From a virus, in the IMG/VR virus record IMGVR_UViG_3300045988_176357, positions 128,001 through 192,000 of that record: a DNA stretch of 64,000 nt; one strand, given 5' to 3'. The notes under the pieces are model-generated. The model saw only the letters and a list, made by a program, of their open reading frames with translations, had not been told where the DNA came from and did not search any database. The stretch's first letter is position 1, and the number at the start of each line of letters is the position of its first letter. The translations under genes were made by a program, and so were the position numbers. Shown piece after piece: positions 31,786-41,494 of this stretch.

Positions 31786-32129
31786 TCACACCGCGAGGTG
31801 TGTCGAACAAGAAAGTGAATTGCTGGGACACCTTAACGGGTAACGCCGAAGGCAATCAGCAGCCGAGCCATGCGTTCGACAGAACGCCAGCGCATGGAAG
31901 GTTCATCGACTATCCCGTACGTAATGGGAGTACCCGAGTAGCCATGTGCGTGATAACGCACGAAAGCAAGGGGAAGCACTCTGGCTCAGGAATGAGTCAA
32001 TGATATAGTCAGTGCGCTTATGGAAACATAAGGAGTGGTCAGGAGTGACAACCTGAAACCTGCTACTGGGCGGCAACCGGTAGTGAACAAGATCCTTGGT
32101 GTGTACAATATCAAGCCTGCGTACATCGG
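31786..32129 (+). ncRNA. Group I intron 1 in DNA polymerase gene
   Basis: Same family as IStrons C/D and the nrdD intron (tcacaccgcgaggtgtgtcgaacaagaaagtgaattgctgggacaccttaacggg...). Boundaries chosen so that GRFGRSSKPNLQQYP is restored. Confidence 0.6.
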
Positions 32130-32251
32130 CATCTAAGCCGAATCTCCAACAATATCCGTCACACGATCCGGTGTTTGCCTTGAAAAACATGTACAAGCCA
32201 CCGGATGGAACCATTTTTGTCAGCGTAGACTATAGCTTCGAAGCGGAGCCT
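32130..32251 (+). CDS. DNA polymerase exon 2 (PNLQQ-P ... FVSVDYS motif A)
   Basis: SKPNLQQYPSHDPVFALKNMYKPPDGTIFVSVDYSFEAEP. Confidence 0.6.
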
Positions 32252-33286
32252 TCACACCGCGAGGTGTGTCGAACAAGAAAGTGAATTGCTGGGAGTGCAT
32301 AATGCCTGCGAGGCTACAGCGTAACCGCAAGGTAAGCGCGACAGCTGCGAAAGCAGAAAGAACACGCAGGATGGCATAAGGTGACAGTAAGCCTAAGTGC
32401 TGTGACAATTGCTGATCAGCAGCCGATCAAGGGATCTCCTAAGGCGAAAGCTATGGAGCCCGGAAAGGGTTCAGAGACTAAGCGCTCCTTCTCTGGAAAC
32501 GGAGAAGATGATATAGTCCGATTGTATTTAAATATTATTGCTGTATAATTAGAATATATAAGGCATTAACCACACAGAATTAACATGGACACAAAACCCG
32601 TTGGTTTCATTTACAGAATATATTGTACGTTGTAGTACTGTAGCAAAAGCTATATAGGGCAGACACGACACAGCATATAGAAAAGGTTCGCTCAGCACTG
32701 TTGTCCTGGAGCGAAGCGAAAGACTTACATAGACAGAGCTATCGCATATCTAGGTAAATAGCATTTTTGTATCGAGTAGCTTGCAGAAGCACAAACGCTT
32801 CAGTAGTTAAATAAGCTGTAGATCTAGTATATAGAGAAGTACGGTAGTTTGTTTCCGGGTGGATTTAATATATCTAAAGGAGGTACAGTACCGTAGTTTA
32901 CTTACTCTGGTAAGCCTGTAGTGCATTACTAGACCGGTATTGTATATAGAAACAGTCAGTAGGCTGCATAGGCTACAGGTTGTAATGCTTCAGATATTCG
33001 TAGTATAGCCAACAAACGTATAAAGTCTACAAAAGGGAATCACTTTTATTGGTAGTTTACAGCTTTATAGGCTTATTTGGACTTTTGGAATACTCCGGAT
33101 AAGAATGGTCCGAAGCGTATTATCAATGTCAGTACTGGATAGGTGTTTTAGTCACAGATAGCTGTATGCAGAAAATACAACCTAACTAAGTCACAGGTAT
33201 CCAGAATGTGCCTAGGCAAAACAGCTAGTCTGAAGTCGTGTCCTTATGTATTTGAGTTTTACCAGCAATAAGCAGTTAGCGCAGAG
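32252..33286 (+). ncRNA. Group I intron 2 (canonical R/S core + ~750-nt AT-rich 3' extension)
   Basis: ggttcagagactaag and aagatgatatagtcc at 32471-32525. The first 50 nt are identical to intron 1. Ends ...gcgcagaG. Confidence 0.6.
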
Positions 33287-33517
33287 TTGGTCGCGCTGGC
33301 AGAATCGTGCATAACAAAGTACGGCGAGTCCGTATTAGGCACTATTATCAACGCGGATGTATGTCCGCATTACTTCTTCGCCGGTGTCATGATGGGTCTC
33401 ATAGACGCCGACGTCAGCTTTTGCAGGGATCCCCAGGAAGTGGATCGTGTCAAGAAGTTCCTTAAAGAGCACGTAAGCAAGGAAGAAAGACAGAGAGCAA
33501 AAGCAGTTAATTTCGGT
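33287..33517 (+). CDS. DNA polymerase exon 3 (motif B O-helix)
   Basis: LVALAES... RQRAKAVNFG. Confidence 0.6.
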
Positions 33518-34550
33518 TAAATAATGTAAAGGAATGTAAAATGTAGTATAGATGTTTGGAGTGTGGGTGTCTGTTCTAGGCTAAGCAACCGGCTAAATAC
33601 TGCTCGCAAGCACATAAACAAAGGAAACAGAACCACAAAAGATAGGTGTATATCTGTTTAAATTGCGGTTGTAAATTTTAGAGAGCAAAGCGTTCTGATT
33701 ATGTTTTTTGCGGGCATAAATGCCGGTGTGCATATAGATAGAGTCATCCTTAGTTCGACTAGAGATAGTTCGTAGTTAGTAGAATGCAAGCGGATAACAC
33801 ACTGAAGTTCAGTAATAGATAGGCAAAAGCTAAAGCTAATGACATATATTGTGGTAAAACCCGGTTACGGTGGTCATAGGAAGCTTTAGATGCTTAGCTG
33901 TAGAGACGTGGTATATCAGTAACAGATTTTGGTCATAGGTGCTACAATAAAACTTTAGCCCAATCGCCCTACGCATAGGTAATTGCGTCTAAATAGAAAA
34001 CTTTAGATAAGCGTAGACGTATATATGCAAAGAAGAAAGCACTCGGCCTTATTGTTACTGAAAAGTCTACTAACCAGAAGGTAAGATAGGCTATAATTAA
34101 ATAGAGATATGGAATATGCTAGTGCTGTGGTTACTGTCAAAATGTCGATGCTTTGCAGTTACATCATGCAGATATGGATAGAAGCCACAATAATAAAGCT
34201 AATCTAGTTCTCTTATGCGCTAATTGTCATCAGATACTGCATACACGTATAAAGCGCAATTGGCATATGTATACGTAGCCTAAAGTCACATGTATATTAC
34301 AATAGTTGCAAAGTATGTAGGCCGAAGTAAAAGAGCGGAATAAAGCGGGAACTGCCGACAGGCAAACCCGAACCGAAGGCACGCAGGAATGCGTGTCAGG
34401 GGCAACGCGTAGCAGTACGTCCAGCTCGGATATGAACTGCCAAGAGGCCGCTCCTCTGCAGCCTATGCTGCAAAAATGTACGCTGAACACCGGTGTATGG
34501 ACAGAAAGACCGGGAGCTATGGGATAAAAAGCCCGTAGGATAACAAATTG
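33518..34550 (+). ncRNA. Intron 3 (AT-rich, carries a degenerate HNH ORF)
   Basis: Lies between NFG and LPGGMKGKRLYQ (YGMS-like). Intron class not determined. Confidence 0.45.
34123..34275 (+). pseudogene. HNH homing-endonuclease remnant inside intron 3
   Basis: CCGYCQNVDALQLHHADMDRSHNNKANLVLLCANCHQILH. Stop codon immediately upstream, so no full-length ORF. Confidence 0.55.
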
Positions 34551-34961
34551 CTGCCAGGTGGCATGAAAGGCAAACGCCTATATCAGCACCTGAGAGAATG
34601 CGGCATCAAGGCTACGTTGCAGGAAGCCTTTCAGCTCAGGGAAACCTGGCTGCGAACCTTTAAGGAAATGAACCTGCACTTCGCCAGAACGCCGCTAAGA
34701 CAAGACCCAAGGGAAAGGTACGCCTGGATACCTGCAAGTGACGACGACACAAGTACAGAGGACGCTGACCCGAAGGCAGATAAGCGCAAGGGTCGTCAGC
34801 TGTATGAAGTCACAACAATTACAGGCTTCAGACGTAACCGTACCGTAATCAACAGCTGCCTGAACACAGAGTTTCAGAACCCAGTTGCACATCTTGCAAA
34901 GGAGGCTCTATGGAACTTCGAGAGGGCAGGACTCGGTAATCGTCTGCTGAATTTTGTCCAT
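34551..34961 (+). CDS. DNA polymerase exon 4
   Basis: ...NPVAHLAKEALWNFERAGLGNRLLNFVH ends on the His of motif C. Confidence 0.6.
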
Positions 34962-35246
34962 GGCATCGTGGACGTTAAAGAAAGTGAATTGCTGGGAGTG
35001 CATAATGCCCGACTGCCTGATACAGGAGCGAAAGCAGAAACAAGTGTCGGGATGCCTCAAGCTGAAACAAGTACCCGTGAGGGGCGCTAAAAGGTGGTGC
35101 AATTGCTAATCAGCAGCCGATCAAGGGATCTCCTAAGGCGAAAGCTATGGAGCCCGGAAAGGGTTCAGAGACTATCCCGCAAGGGAGTAGGGCGAAAGTC
35201 CGAAGCACTCCTTCTCTGGAAACGGAGAAGATGATATAGTCCGAAG
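34962..35246 (+). ncRNA. Group I intron 4
   Basis: Follows T, ends in G. Core gggttcagagactatcc...aagatgatatagtccgaag. Splicing restores VH|DE (motif C HDE). Confidence 0.7.
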
Positions 35247-35492
35247 GATGAAGCAGACTACTGGGCCTACCCAAAAGAGGTCAGGCAGCTAGCTCCGATA
35301 GTGGAGCGATTGTGGCTGGAGCCTGGTCGCCGTGTGTTCCCTCATGTCATGCTCAAGTGCGAGACATCACTGAGCCTGTACTGGGACAAAGGCGGCGTCG
35401 AATTTCCAGATGTCAAGTGGAACGATAACGGGGAGCCGATACTGGAACTCCCGCCGTTCGTTCAACAGGCGTATGCCGCAAAAAGTACATAA
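35247..35492 (+). CDS. DNA polymerase exon 5 (motif C DE + C-terminus)
   Basis: DEADYWAYPKEVRQLAPIVERLW... aligns with the Pol I HDELVLEAPKE... tail. Confidence 0.65.
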   Translation, partial: DEADYWAYPKEVRQLAPIVERLWLEPGRRVFPHVMLKCETSLSLYWDKGGVEFPDVKWNDNGEPILELPPFVQQAYAAKST

Positions 35493-35494
35493 AC

Positions 35495-35540
35495 ATGGTC
35501 CCCCTGTGAGGTAACTCTTGCAGGGGGCTTTTCTATTGAG
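35495..35540 (+). terminator. Rho-independent terminator
   Basis: ccccctgtgaggtaactcttgcagggggc + ttttct. Confidence 0.6.
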
Positions 35541-35549
35541 GAAACGAGC

Positions 35550-35798
35550 ATGAAAACAATTACAAAATGTACGTTGCTTGCAGCAGCTGCAGCTTGTACC
35601 ATGTTAACTGGCTGCGATAGCGAAGAGGATTTGCAGAGATATAAATGCGAGGAGATTACGCGTCTATGCGAAGACCTGAAGGTGATTGAGTACGACGGAT
35701 GTGAGTACTTGCTTTTTGGTCCGTACTCCTATGCTGGACTTCTAACACATAAAGGTAACTGCAAGTACTGTGAACAGCGAAGGAACAAAACGAAATGA
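35550..35798 (+). CDS. Small lipoprotein
   Basis: Signal peptide with lipobox LTGC. Confidence 0.5.
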   Translation: MKTITKCTLLAAAAACTMLTGCDSEEDLQRYKCEEITRLCEDLKVIEYDGCEYLLFGPYSYAGLLTHKGNCKYCEQRRNKTK

Positions 35799-36883
35799 GA
35801 ACAAAAAGAGTACTGAAGAAAAATGCAATCAAGGCCTATAAAGCCTTTAACAGTGACATGACTTGCAAAGGCTTCCAATATGAAGTCGGCAAGACCTACA
35901 GGCATAATGCTGTCTTGAAACTGTGCGAGGCAGGCTTCCATGCTTGCGAAAGGCTGGCTGACTGTTTCAGTTTTTACCCGTTCAGGGAAGCTGAAACCAG
36001 AGTGGCCGAGGTGCTAGTCTGGGGTAAAGTCGAGTATGCAGATACAGGTGTAAAACTCTGCGCCTCAAATATCAAGATAGTCAGAGAACTTGCATGGAGC
36101 GAGGTGTTATCTCTGTGTAACACTGGCTACGATAACAGCGGCCACAGTAACAGCGGCAACCATAATAGCGGCAGCTGGAACAGTGGCAGCTTTAATAGCA
36201 GCAACTGGAACAGCGGCGACTGGAACAGTGGCGGCTTTAATAGCGGCAGCTGTAATAGCGGCAGCTGTAATAGCGGCAACTGGAACAGTGGCAGCCGTAA
36301 CAGCGGCGACTATAATATAGGCAACTATAATATAGGCTACGGTAACAGCGGCAACCAGAACAGCGGCGACTATAATACAGGCGACTGTAACAGCGGCAAC
36401 AATAACACCGGTGACTGGAATAGCGGCGACTATAACACCGGCAACTATAATATAGGCAACTGGAATGCAGGTATATTCAATACAGGGGCTTGTGAATATG
36501 CTTTTGCGTTCAATCAGCTTGTCAAGAAACAAGACTTAGAATGTCTTCCAAGTATACCATTCCTACGTTTTAAGCTTGTCGAATGGATACCGGAAAAGCA
36601 TATGTTGCCGGAAGAGAAAGAGCAGCACCCTAAGTATGCGACAGCCGGAGGTTATCTCAAGAAGTACGACTACAAGGAAGCCTTCAGAAAGTCCTTCGAG
36701 GAGGCAAAGCGCCTTCCGGATTGGCCCGAACAGCTTAAGAGGCTGAAGGCGCTGCCCAACTTCAACTTCAAAATCTTTGAAGAGATATCGGGTATCACTG
36801 CCGAGGAGTTAACAGGCAGCACTGTCGAGAAGTTGACTACGAAACCGAAACGCAAACGGGAAAAGAGCACTAAGGGTGCTTAA
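35795..36883 (+). CDS. N-S-G-N-x pentapeptide-repeat family protein
   Basis: Conserved N/C domains and about 60 repeats. C-terminal basic tail. Confidence 0.65.
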   Translation: MRTKRVLKKNAIKAYKAFNSDMTCKGFQYEVGKTYRHNAVLKLCEAGFHACERLADCFSFYPFREAETRVAEVLVWGKVEYADTGVKLCASNIKIVRELAWSEVLSLCNTGYDNSGHSNSGNHNSGSWNSGSFNSSNWNSGDWNSGGFNSGSCNSGSCNSGNWNSGSRNSGDYNIGNYNIGYGNSGNQNSGDYNTGDCNSGNNNTGDWNSGDYNTGNYNIGNWNAGIFNTGACEYAFAFNQLVKKQDLECLPSIPFLRFKLVEWIPEKHMLPEEKEQHPKYATAGGYLKKYDYKEAFRKSFEEAKRLPDWPEQLKRLKALPNFNFKIFEEISGITAEELTGSTVEKLTTKPKRKREKSTKGA

Positions 36884-36900
36884 CTTAGAAGGATATTCAT

Positions 36901-37785
36901 ATGTATGTAAAACGTAAAGACGCAATCATAGCGTTCAAAGTGTTTTCTGATGCGGAACTGAATATGCATCATATTGTTCCAGGTACAATTCTTGACACTA
37001 AGTCCATGACCTCAGATGATAAAAGAATGTTCACTGTGTTCAAACATGCTGAGGATGCAATATCGTTGGCAGTGCATATGTGTATGCAGACTGTTTGCAG
37101 AGTGCGCGTATCAGGTAACGTACGAGAGCTGGAAGGTGGAAGGCTGTTAGTGCAGCATATGCAAGTAGACTGCGATGGACTGATACCGCTCAGAAAGCTG
37201 CTTGTTACAGTGAATAAAGGTTCTGCCAACTACGGTATATACAATGAAGGAACTCGGAATGATGGTAACCACAATGTTGGCTGCAATAATGTCGGTAACT
37301 GGAACTTCGGCTCATACAATCTGGGCTCCTTTAATTTTGGCACTGGTAATATCGGCAATCATAATAGTGGCGACTATAACTATGGTGACTTAAACGAAGC
37401 CGGATATTGCAATGTGGCTAAACGCACACGCTCGTGCGTCTTTACCACAGTAAATAACACCGGATATTTGAGCTTTAATAAGCCTTATACAGTTAATCTC
37501 TATACTTGTCAAATTCCTGATTTCTGCAGAGTAAAAGTCATTGAATGGATTCCTGTTTCCAGCCTGGCTACAGTTAAGGATACAAAAGAGAAATGCATGT
37601 ATGCATGCTGCGGAGGTCGATTGAAAATCACCAGTTATCGGGAAGCCTTCAGGATCTCTTTTGAGGTAGCCAGACGCAAACCGGATTGGCCCAAGCAGCG
37701 GCAAATGCTGCTGGATCTGCCCAACTTCGATGCCGAGGTATTCGAGGAGATATCAGGTATCACACCAAATGAACTTGGATTGTAA
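36901..37785 (+). CDS. Divergent pentapeptide-repeat family protein (short repeat tract)
   Basis: GNHNVGCNNVGNWNFGSYNLGSFNFGTGNIGNHNSGDYNYG. C-domain ...DWPKQRQMLLDLPNFDAEVFEEISGI. Confidence 0.55.
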   Translation: MYVKRKDAIIAFKVFSDAELNMHHIVPGTILDTKSMTSDDKRMFTVFKHAEDAISLAVHMCMQTVCRVRVSGNVRELEGGRLLVQHMQVDCDGLIPLRKLLVTVNKGSANYGIYNEGTRNDGNHNVGCNNVGNWNFGSYNLGSFNFGTGNIGNHNSGDYNYGDLNEAGYCNVAKRTRSCVFTTVNNTGYLSFNKPYTVNLYTCQIPDFCRVKVIEWIPVSSLATVKDTKEKCMYACCGGRLKITSYREAFRISFEVARRKPDWPKQRQMLLDLPNFDAEVFEEISGITPNELGL

Positions 37786-37801
37786 CAGAAAGGAGAACGA
37801 A

Positions 37802-38164
37802 ATGAAAGCAGCAGATCTTGACACAAAAGACGTCACAGTAATACGTACAGAAAAGCGGTGCGTGCTGAATGAGAAGGTATTCGACCTTGACAACTGCCCT
37901 GACTGGGCGGAATGGGCGGCTGTGGATGAGGATGGTACGGCGTCTTGGTATGGAGCTAAGCCGGAGACCGTTGGAAGCGTTTGGATTAACGATGGTAGTA
38001 GCGGTTTAATCGGGGATGAGGATAGGATTGTAGCAATCATTTTCGATGCTGCCGACTGGAAGCGCAGCCTTATCGAGCGACCCAAGAAGGTGCTTGAGGT
38101 TACCATGTCGGATATTGAGAAGCAGTTTGGTTGTAAAGTGAAAATTGTAAAGGAGGCAGAATGA
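37802..38164 (+). CDS. CPDWAQYAAVD-motif family protein
   Basis: MKAADLDTKDVTVIRTEKRCVLNEKVFDLDNCPDWAEWAAVDEDGTASWY. Confidence 0.55.
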   Translation: MKAADLDTKDVTVIRTEKRCVLNEKVFDLDNCPDWAEWAAVDEDGTASWYGAKPETVGSVWINDGSSGLIGDEDRIVAIIFDAADWKRSLIERPKKVLEVTMSDIEKQFGCKVKIVKEAE

Positions 38165-38370
38165 AGCATCAGGAAACTATTATGTGGTGTCTCACAGGAC
38201 ATACTTGCAGTATATCGTACAATGCAGGGAAAGACAGGTACGATTGGGATATCAGGAAAGGCGAAGAGTTGCAGGCAAAGGGATCAGCGGTGACTCTGTC
38301 GGAAGCGCGCAGTACAGCCATGTCCGCATATCAGATTGTCCGTGACGGCGCAGCATTGTCGAGGTGACTT

Positions 38371-38700
38371 ATGATTGCAAAATTTAAGTATCCCGATATG
38401 TATGTTGGTTACGGCGTATGGCGCATTGTCGGTAATGCTGTGCGTAAAGATAAAATCACATTTGCGAACTTTCTATATGGTCCTGACGGAATCGAAATTA
38501 CAACACTGTACTTCGACAAAGAGTGTACTGATTTTGAGCGTCCTGAAGATCTCTATATGACCAAAGCGGAAGCTGTCAATGTTTTGCGTAAACGCACCGA
38601 ACGTGCATATGAGATAAGCAAAAAAGAGCTGTCAGAAGCAGAGCAGGATATGAAATTTGTTTCCAGCTACTGCAGCAAAAAGTATCCGAAAGATGCGTAA
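38371..38700 (+). CDS. Hypothetical protein
   Basis: ORF. Confidence 0.3.
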   Translation: MIAKFKYPDMYVGYGVWRIVGNAVRKDKITFANFLYGPDGIEITTLYFDKECTDFERPEDLYMTKAEAVNVLRKRTERAYEISKKELSEAEQDMKFVSSYCSKKYPKDA

Positions 38701-38894
38701 GTGCAACTGCCGTGTGTGTAAGAGATCTCGGAAGCTCGAAGCTGTGCTGAGCAGGTACAACATGAAGCCAAAGGATGTAAATTTCCTGCACGCCATACTG
38801 ACCAGCCTGATGACAGCAGAACTGGACAGAGACTGGGCACTGGTCGAGCTGAAGGAGGTGGCGTAGAAAATGACACAAGAAAAAGGAAAGCAAA

Positions 38895-39773
38895 ATGAGA
38901 GTACTGAAAAGTAGACCGATGACAGGATTCAAGGCAGTACAGTCCGATATGGCTGTCGACAATCCAAGAAGAATGGACGTCGGAACTGTGTACTCAACGA
39001 AATCTATGGCGTTGGCAGATCACAGTATGTTCTGTTTCGATGAGGAACTTGAAGACGCTGTGCGTGCATGCCTGTACAGTACGGCATTTAAGGTGTACAG
39101 ATGCAAAGTCTGGGGCACAGTGCTGGATGTTGAAGGTCGCAAAATCGCACAGCACATACAGCTGGAATGCGAGTTGTCTATGCGCAAGCTTCTTAAATTG
39201 TGCAACAAGGGCGCAAGCAATTTAGGTCTCCATAACAGCGGCAGCTTCAATTTCGGAGACTGTAATGATGGCAACCAGAATTACGGGGACCACAATTTCG
39301 GCAGTAACAATGTAGGAAGCTACAACGATGGAAGCGGCAACTGCGGCAGTCATAATTCCGGTAACTACAATTTAGGCAGCTACAATGCGGGCGGTGGATG
39401 GAATGCTGCCTGTCACACAGAGAGTTGCTTCTTTACAACAAAGAGTCATGTTGCGTTCAGGTTCTTCAATAAGCCGTACAGGGATGCCAGCATTACTGTA
39501 CACACGCCTGATTTTCTTAACATCAGACCTGCTGTGTGGATTCCAGGTAAGTATATGACTGACAAACTCAAAAGGCTTATGCCAAGAGGCGCGGATGTAG
39601 GCGGCTGCACTGTGTACTTTGACTACAAGACAGCCTTCATGAAGTCCTTCGCGGACGCCAGACGCAAACCTGACTGGCCCAAGCAACGCCAGATGCTGCT
39701 GGATCTGCCAAATTTCGACGCAAAGATATTCGAGGAGATATCAGGCATCAAGGAGGAGGAACTTGGATTGTAA
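38895..39773 (+). CDS. Divergent pentapeptide-repeat family protein
   Basis: SNLGLHNSGSFNFGDCNDGNQNYGDHNFGSNNVGSYNDGSGNCGSHNSGNYNLGSYN. Conserved C-domain. Confidence 0.55.
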   Translation: MRVLKSRPMTGFKAVQSDMAVDNPRRMDVGTVYSTKSMALADHSMFCFDEELEDAVRACLYSTAFKVYRCKVWGTVLDVEGRKIAQHIQLECELSMRKLLKLCNKGASNLGLHNSGSFNFGDCNDGNQNYGDHNFGSNNVGSYNDGSGNCGSHNSGNYNLGSYNAGGGWNAACHTESCFFTTKSHVAFRFFNKPYRDASITVHTPDFLNIRPAVWIPGKYMTDKLKRLMPRGADVGGCTVYFDYKTAFMKSFADARRKPDWPKQRQMLLDLPNFDAKIFEEISGIKEEELGL

Positions 39774-39789
39774 CAGAAAGGAGAACAAA

Positions 39790-40134
39790 ATGAAAGCAGC
39801 AGATCTCGACACAAAAGAAGTAACAGTAACAGTAACACTGTATATCTTGAACGAAAAGGTCTTCGAACTGGACGGGTGCCCGGACTGGGCTCAATGGGCT
39901 GCTGTAGATAAGGATGGCAGTGCATACTGGTACGAGGATGAGCCGGAAACAGACTGCGTCTACTGGACATCTGCGTATGAATGTAGCCGCTCCAAGTGTA
40001 TTGTCGACATATCCTTTGATGCTACCAATTGGCAGCACAGCCTTATCAAGCGACCTGAGAAGGTACTTGAGGTTACCACAGCGGACATTGAGAAGAAGTT
40101 TGGTTGCAAAGTGAAAATTGTAAAGGAGAAGTGA
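39790..40134 (+). CDS. CPDWAQYAAVD-motif family protein
   Basis: MKAADLDTKEVTVTVTLYILNEKVFELDGCPDWAQWAAVDKDGSAYWY...LEVTTADIEKKFGCKVKIVKEK. Confidence 0.55.
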   Translation: MKAADLDTKEVTVTVTLYILNEKVFELDGCPDWAQWAAVDKDGSAYWYEDEPETDCVYWTSAYECSRSKCIVDISFDATNWQHSLIKRPEKVLEVTTADIEKKFGCKVKIVKEK

Positions 40135-40135
40135 A

Positions 40136-40867
40136 ATGACAGAAAGTAAATCAGAATTGCATTTCGTACGTATCAGAGAGAAAGACTCCAAAGAGCCGTT
40201 CTGTGATCCGTATGCGGACATCAAGTTTGTTGTTACGTCTTTCTTTAAGGAGCTGCCTCAGTTGTATGGAATCAAACTGCAGCCTGCCGAGGACAAGATA
40301 GACTACTTGAAGGCATGTCTTAAAGTGTTTCTCACCAGGTTGGAAGAGGATCCGCAGCCGGTCAAGGCACAGCTGGAAGCCTTTATTGCAGCAATGCAGA
40401 AGGCGTTTACTCCTGCCGAGATTCTGTTCTTCGGAGAGGAGTTCCTGTCCTATGTGTTCTGCACCTTTGTGCTCCATTACAGACGCGACGCAAAGGTGGA
40501 TAAACCGACCACTATGCGGCTCGCAAGCCTGCTGCTCACGCTGTCGGGATCCGTACCTGCTGATGTGTGGGCACGCATGATGAACGGTACACAGGAAGAG
40601 CTTAAAGCCAAATTGGAGTGTGCGGCCTCACATCTGGAAGAGGTGCGTGCAGAGTGTGTAGAAGACGCCTCGAAGACCATTCCTGACATCAAGGATCTGG
40701 CAGCTCAGGCAATGGGCGCTACAGGAAGCCAGAAATGGGAAGATGTTGCGGCAGCATGCGACAAGTATGTACAGGAAGCTGCAGAAGATGACGACAAGGT
40801 TATTGCAGCTGCACTCGCGTATCCTGACTATCCTACGCCGTACTTTGAGGTCACAAAAGATGCTTGA
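40136..40867 (+). CDS. Hypothetical protein
   Basis: ORF. Confidence 0.4.
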   Translation: MTESKSELHFVRIREKDSKEPFCDPYADIKFVVTSFFKELPQLYGIKLQPAEDKIDYLKACLKVFLTRLEEDPQPVKAQLEAFIAAMQKAFTPAEILFFGEEFLSYVFCTFVLHYRRDAKVDKPTTMRLASLLLTLSGSVPADVWARMMNGTQEELKAKLECAASHLEEVRAECVEDASKTIPDIKDLAAQAMGATGSQKWEDVAAACDKYVQEAAEDDDKVIAAALAYPDYPTPYFEVTKDA

Positions 40868-41483
40868 GATGTTGTTGCAGAAACTGAAGATCGCGCGCGA
40901 AAGCAGTTCGCGTGTTGTCTTCTGCTATAAGTATGTCTGGTCCCGAATCGACGACTATGTGTCACTGACCAATCTGAGACTGGAAGCAATACAGGTCCGC
41001 GACGGCAAGGTCTTCCATACACAGGCCGCTCCAGTGCTTGATGTGAACCATGGTAAGCCCAGAGTCGCATTCGCAGATTCCGGTATCGTGCAGGTCACCT
41101 CAGGACCCCGATCGAACATTGTCTTGAGAGAACGTCTGCTGCACGCCAACGAGACAGCAGCTCCGGTTCCCTTTTGTGGAACCAGGGAAATTACAGAAAG
41201 CAGCGATGAGAAGGATCTTCAGGTAGTCTATGACTTCCTGACATCCGCAGCCTTTCCTGGCGTGGATATGCGCATGCCGCAGTTGTTCCGGATCACGAAG
41301 AACCCTGAAAGGCTGCGCCTGAACATCACACCTGACTTGCTGCAGGCTCTTGATCTGGATCCCGGAACACCCAGTAAGGAGATACAGGATGCGTTCCTGA
41401 ACAAACTGCCTTCCATTTCAGCGCAGACATCCGAAGGATACGTGTTGCCGTTCAACGTGTGCCGCATGTGTTTCACATGCTGA
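40860..41483 (+). CDS. Hypothetical protein
   Basis: ATGcTTGA overlap with upstream stop. Confidence 0.4.
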   Translation: MLEMLLQKLKIARESSSRVVFCYKYVWSRIDDYVSLTNLRLEAIQVRDGKVFHTQAAPVLDVNHGKPRVAFADSGIVQVTSGPRSNIVLRERLLHANETAAPVPFCGTREITESSDEKDLQVVYDFLTSAAFPGVDMRMPQLFRITKNPERLRLNITPDLLQALDLDPGTPSKEIQDAFLNKLPSISAQTSEGYVLPFNVCRMCFTC

Positions 41484-41494
41484 CCAGCACACAA

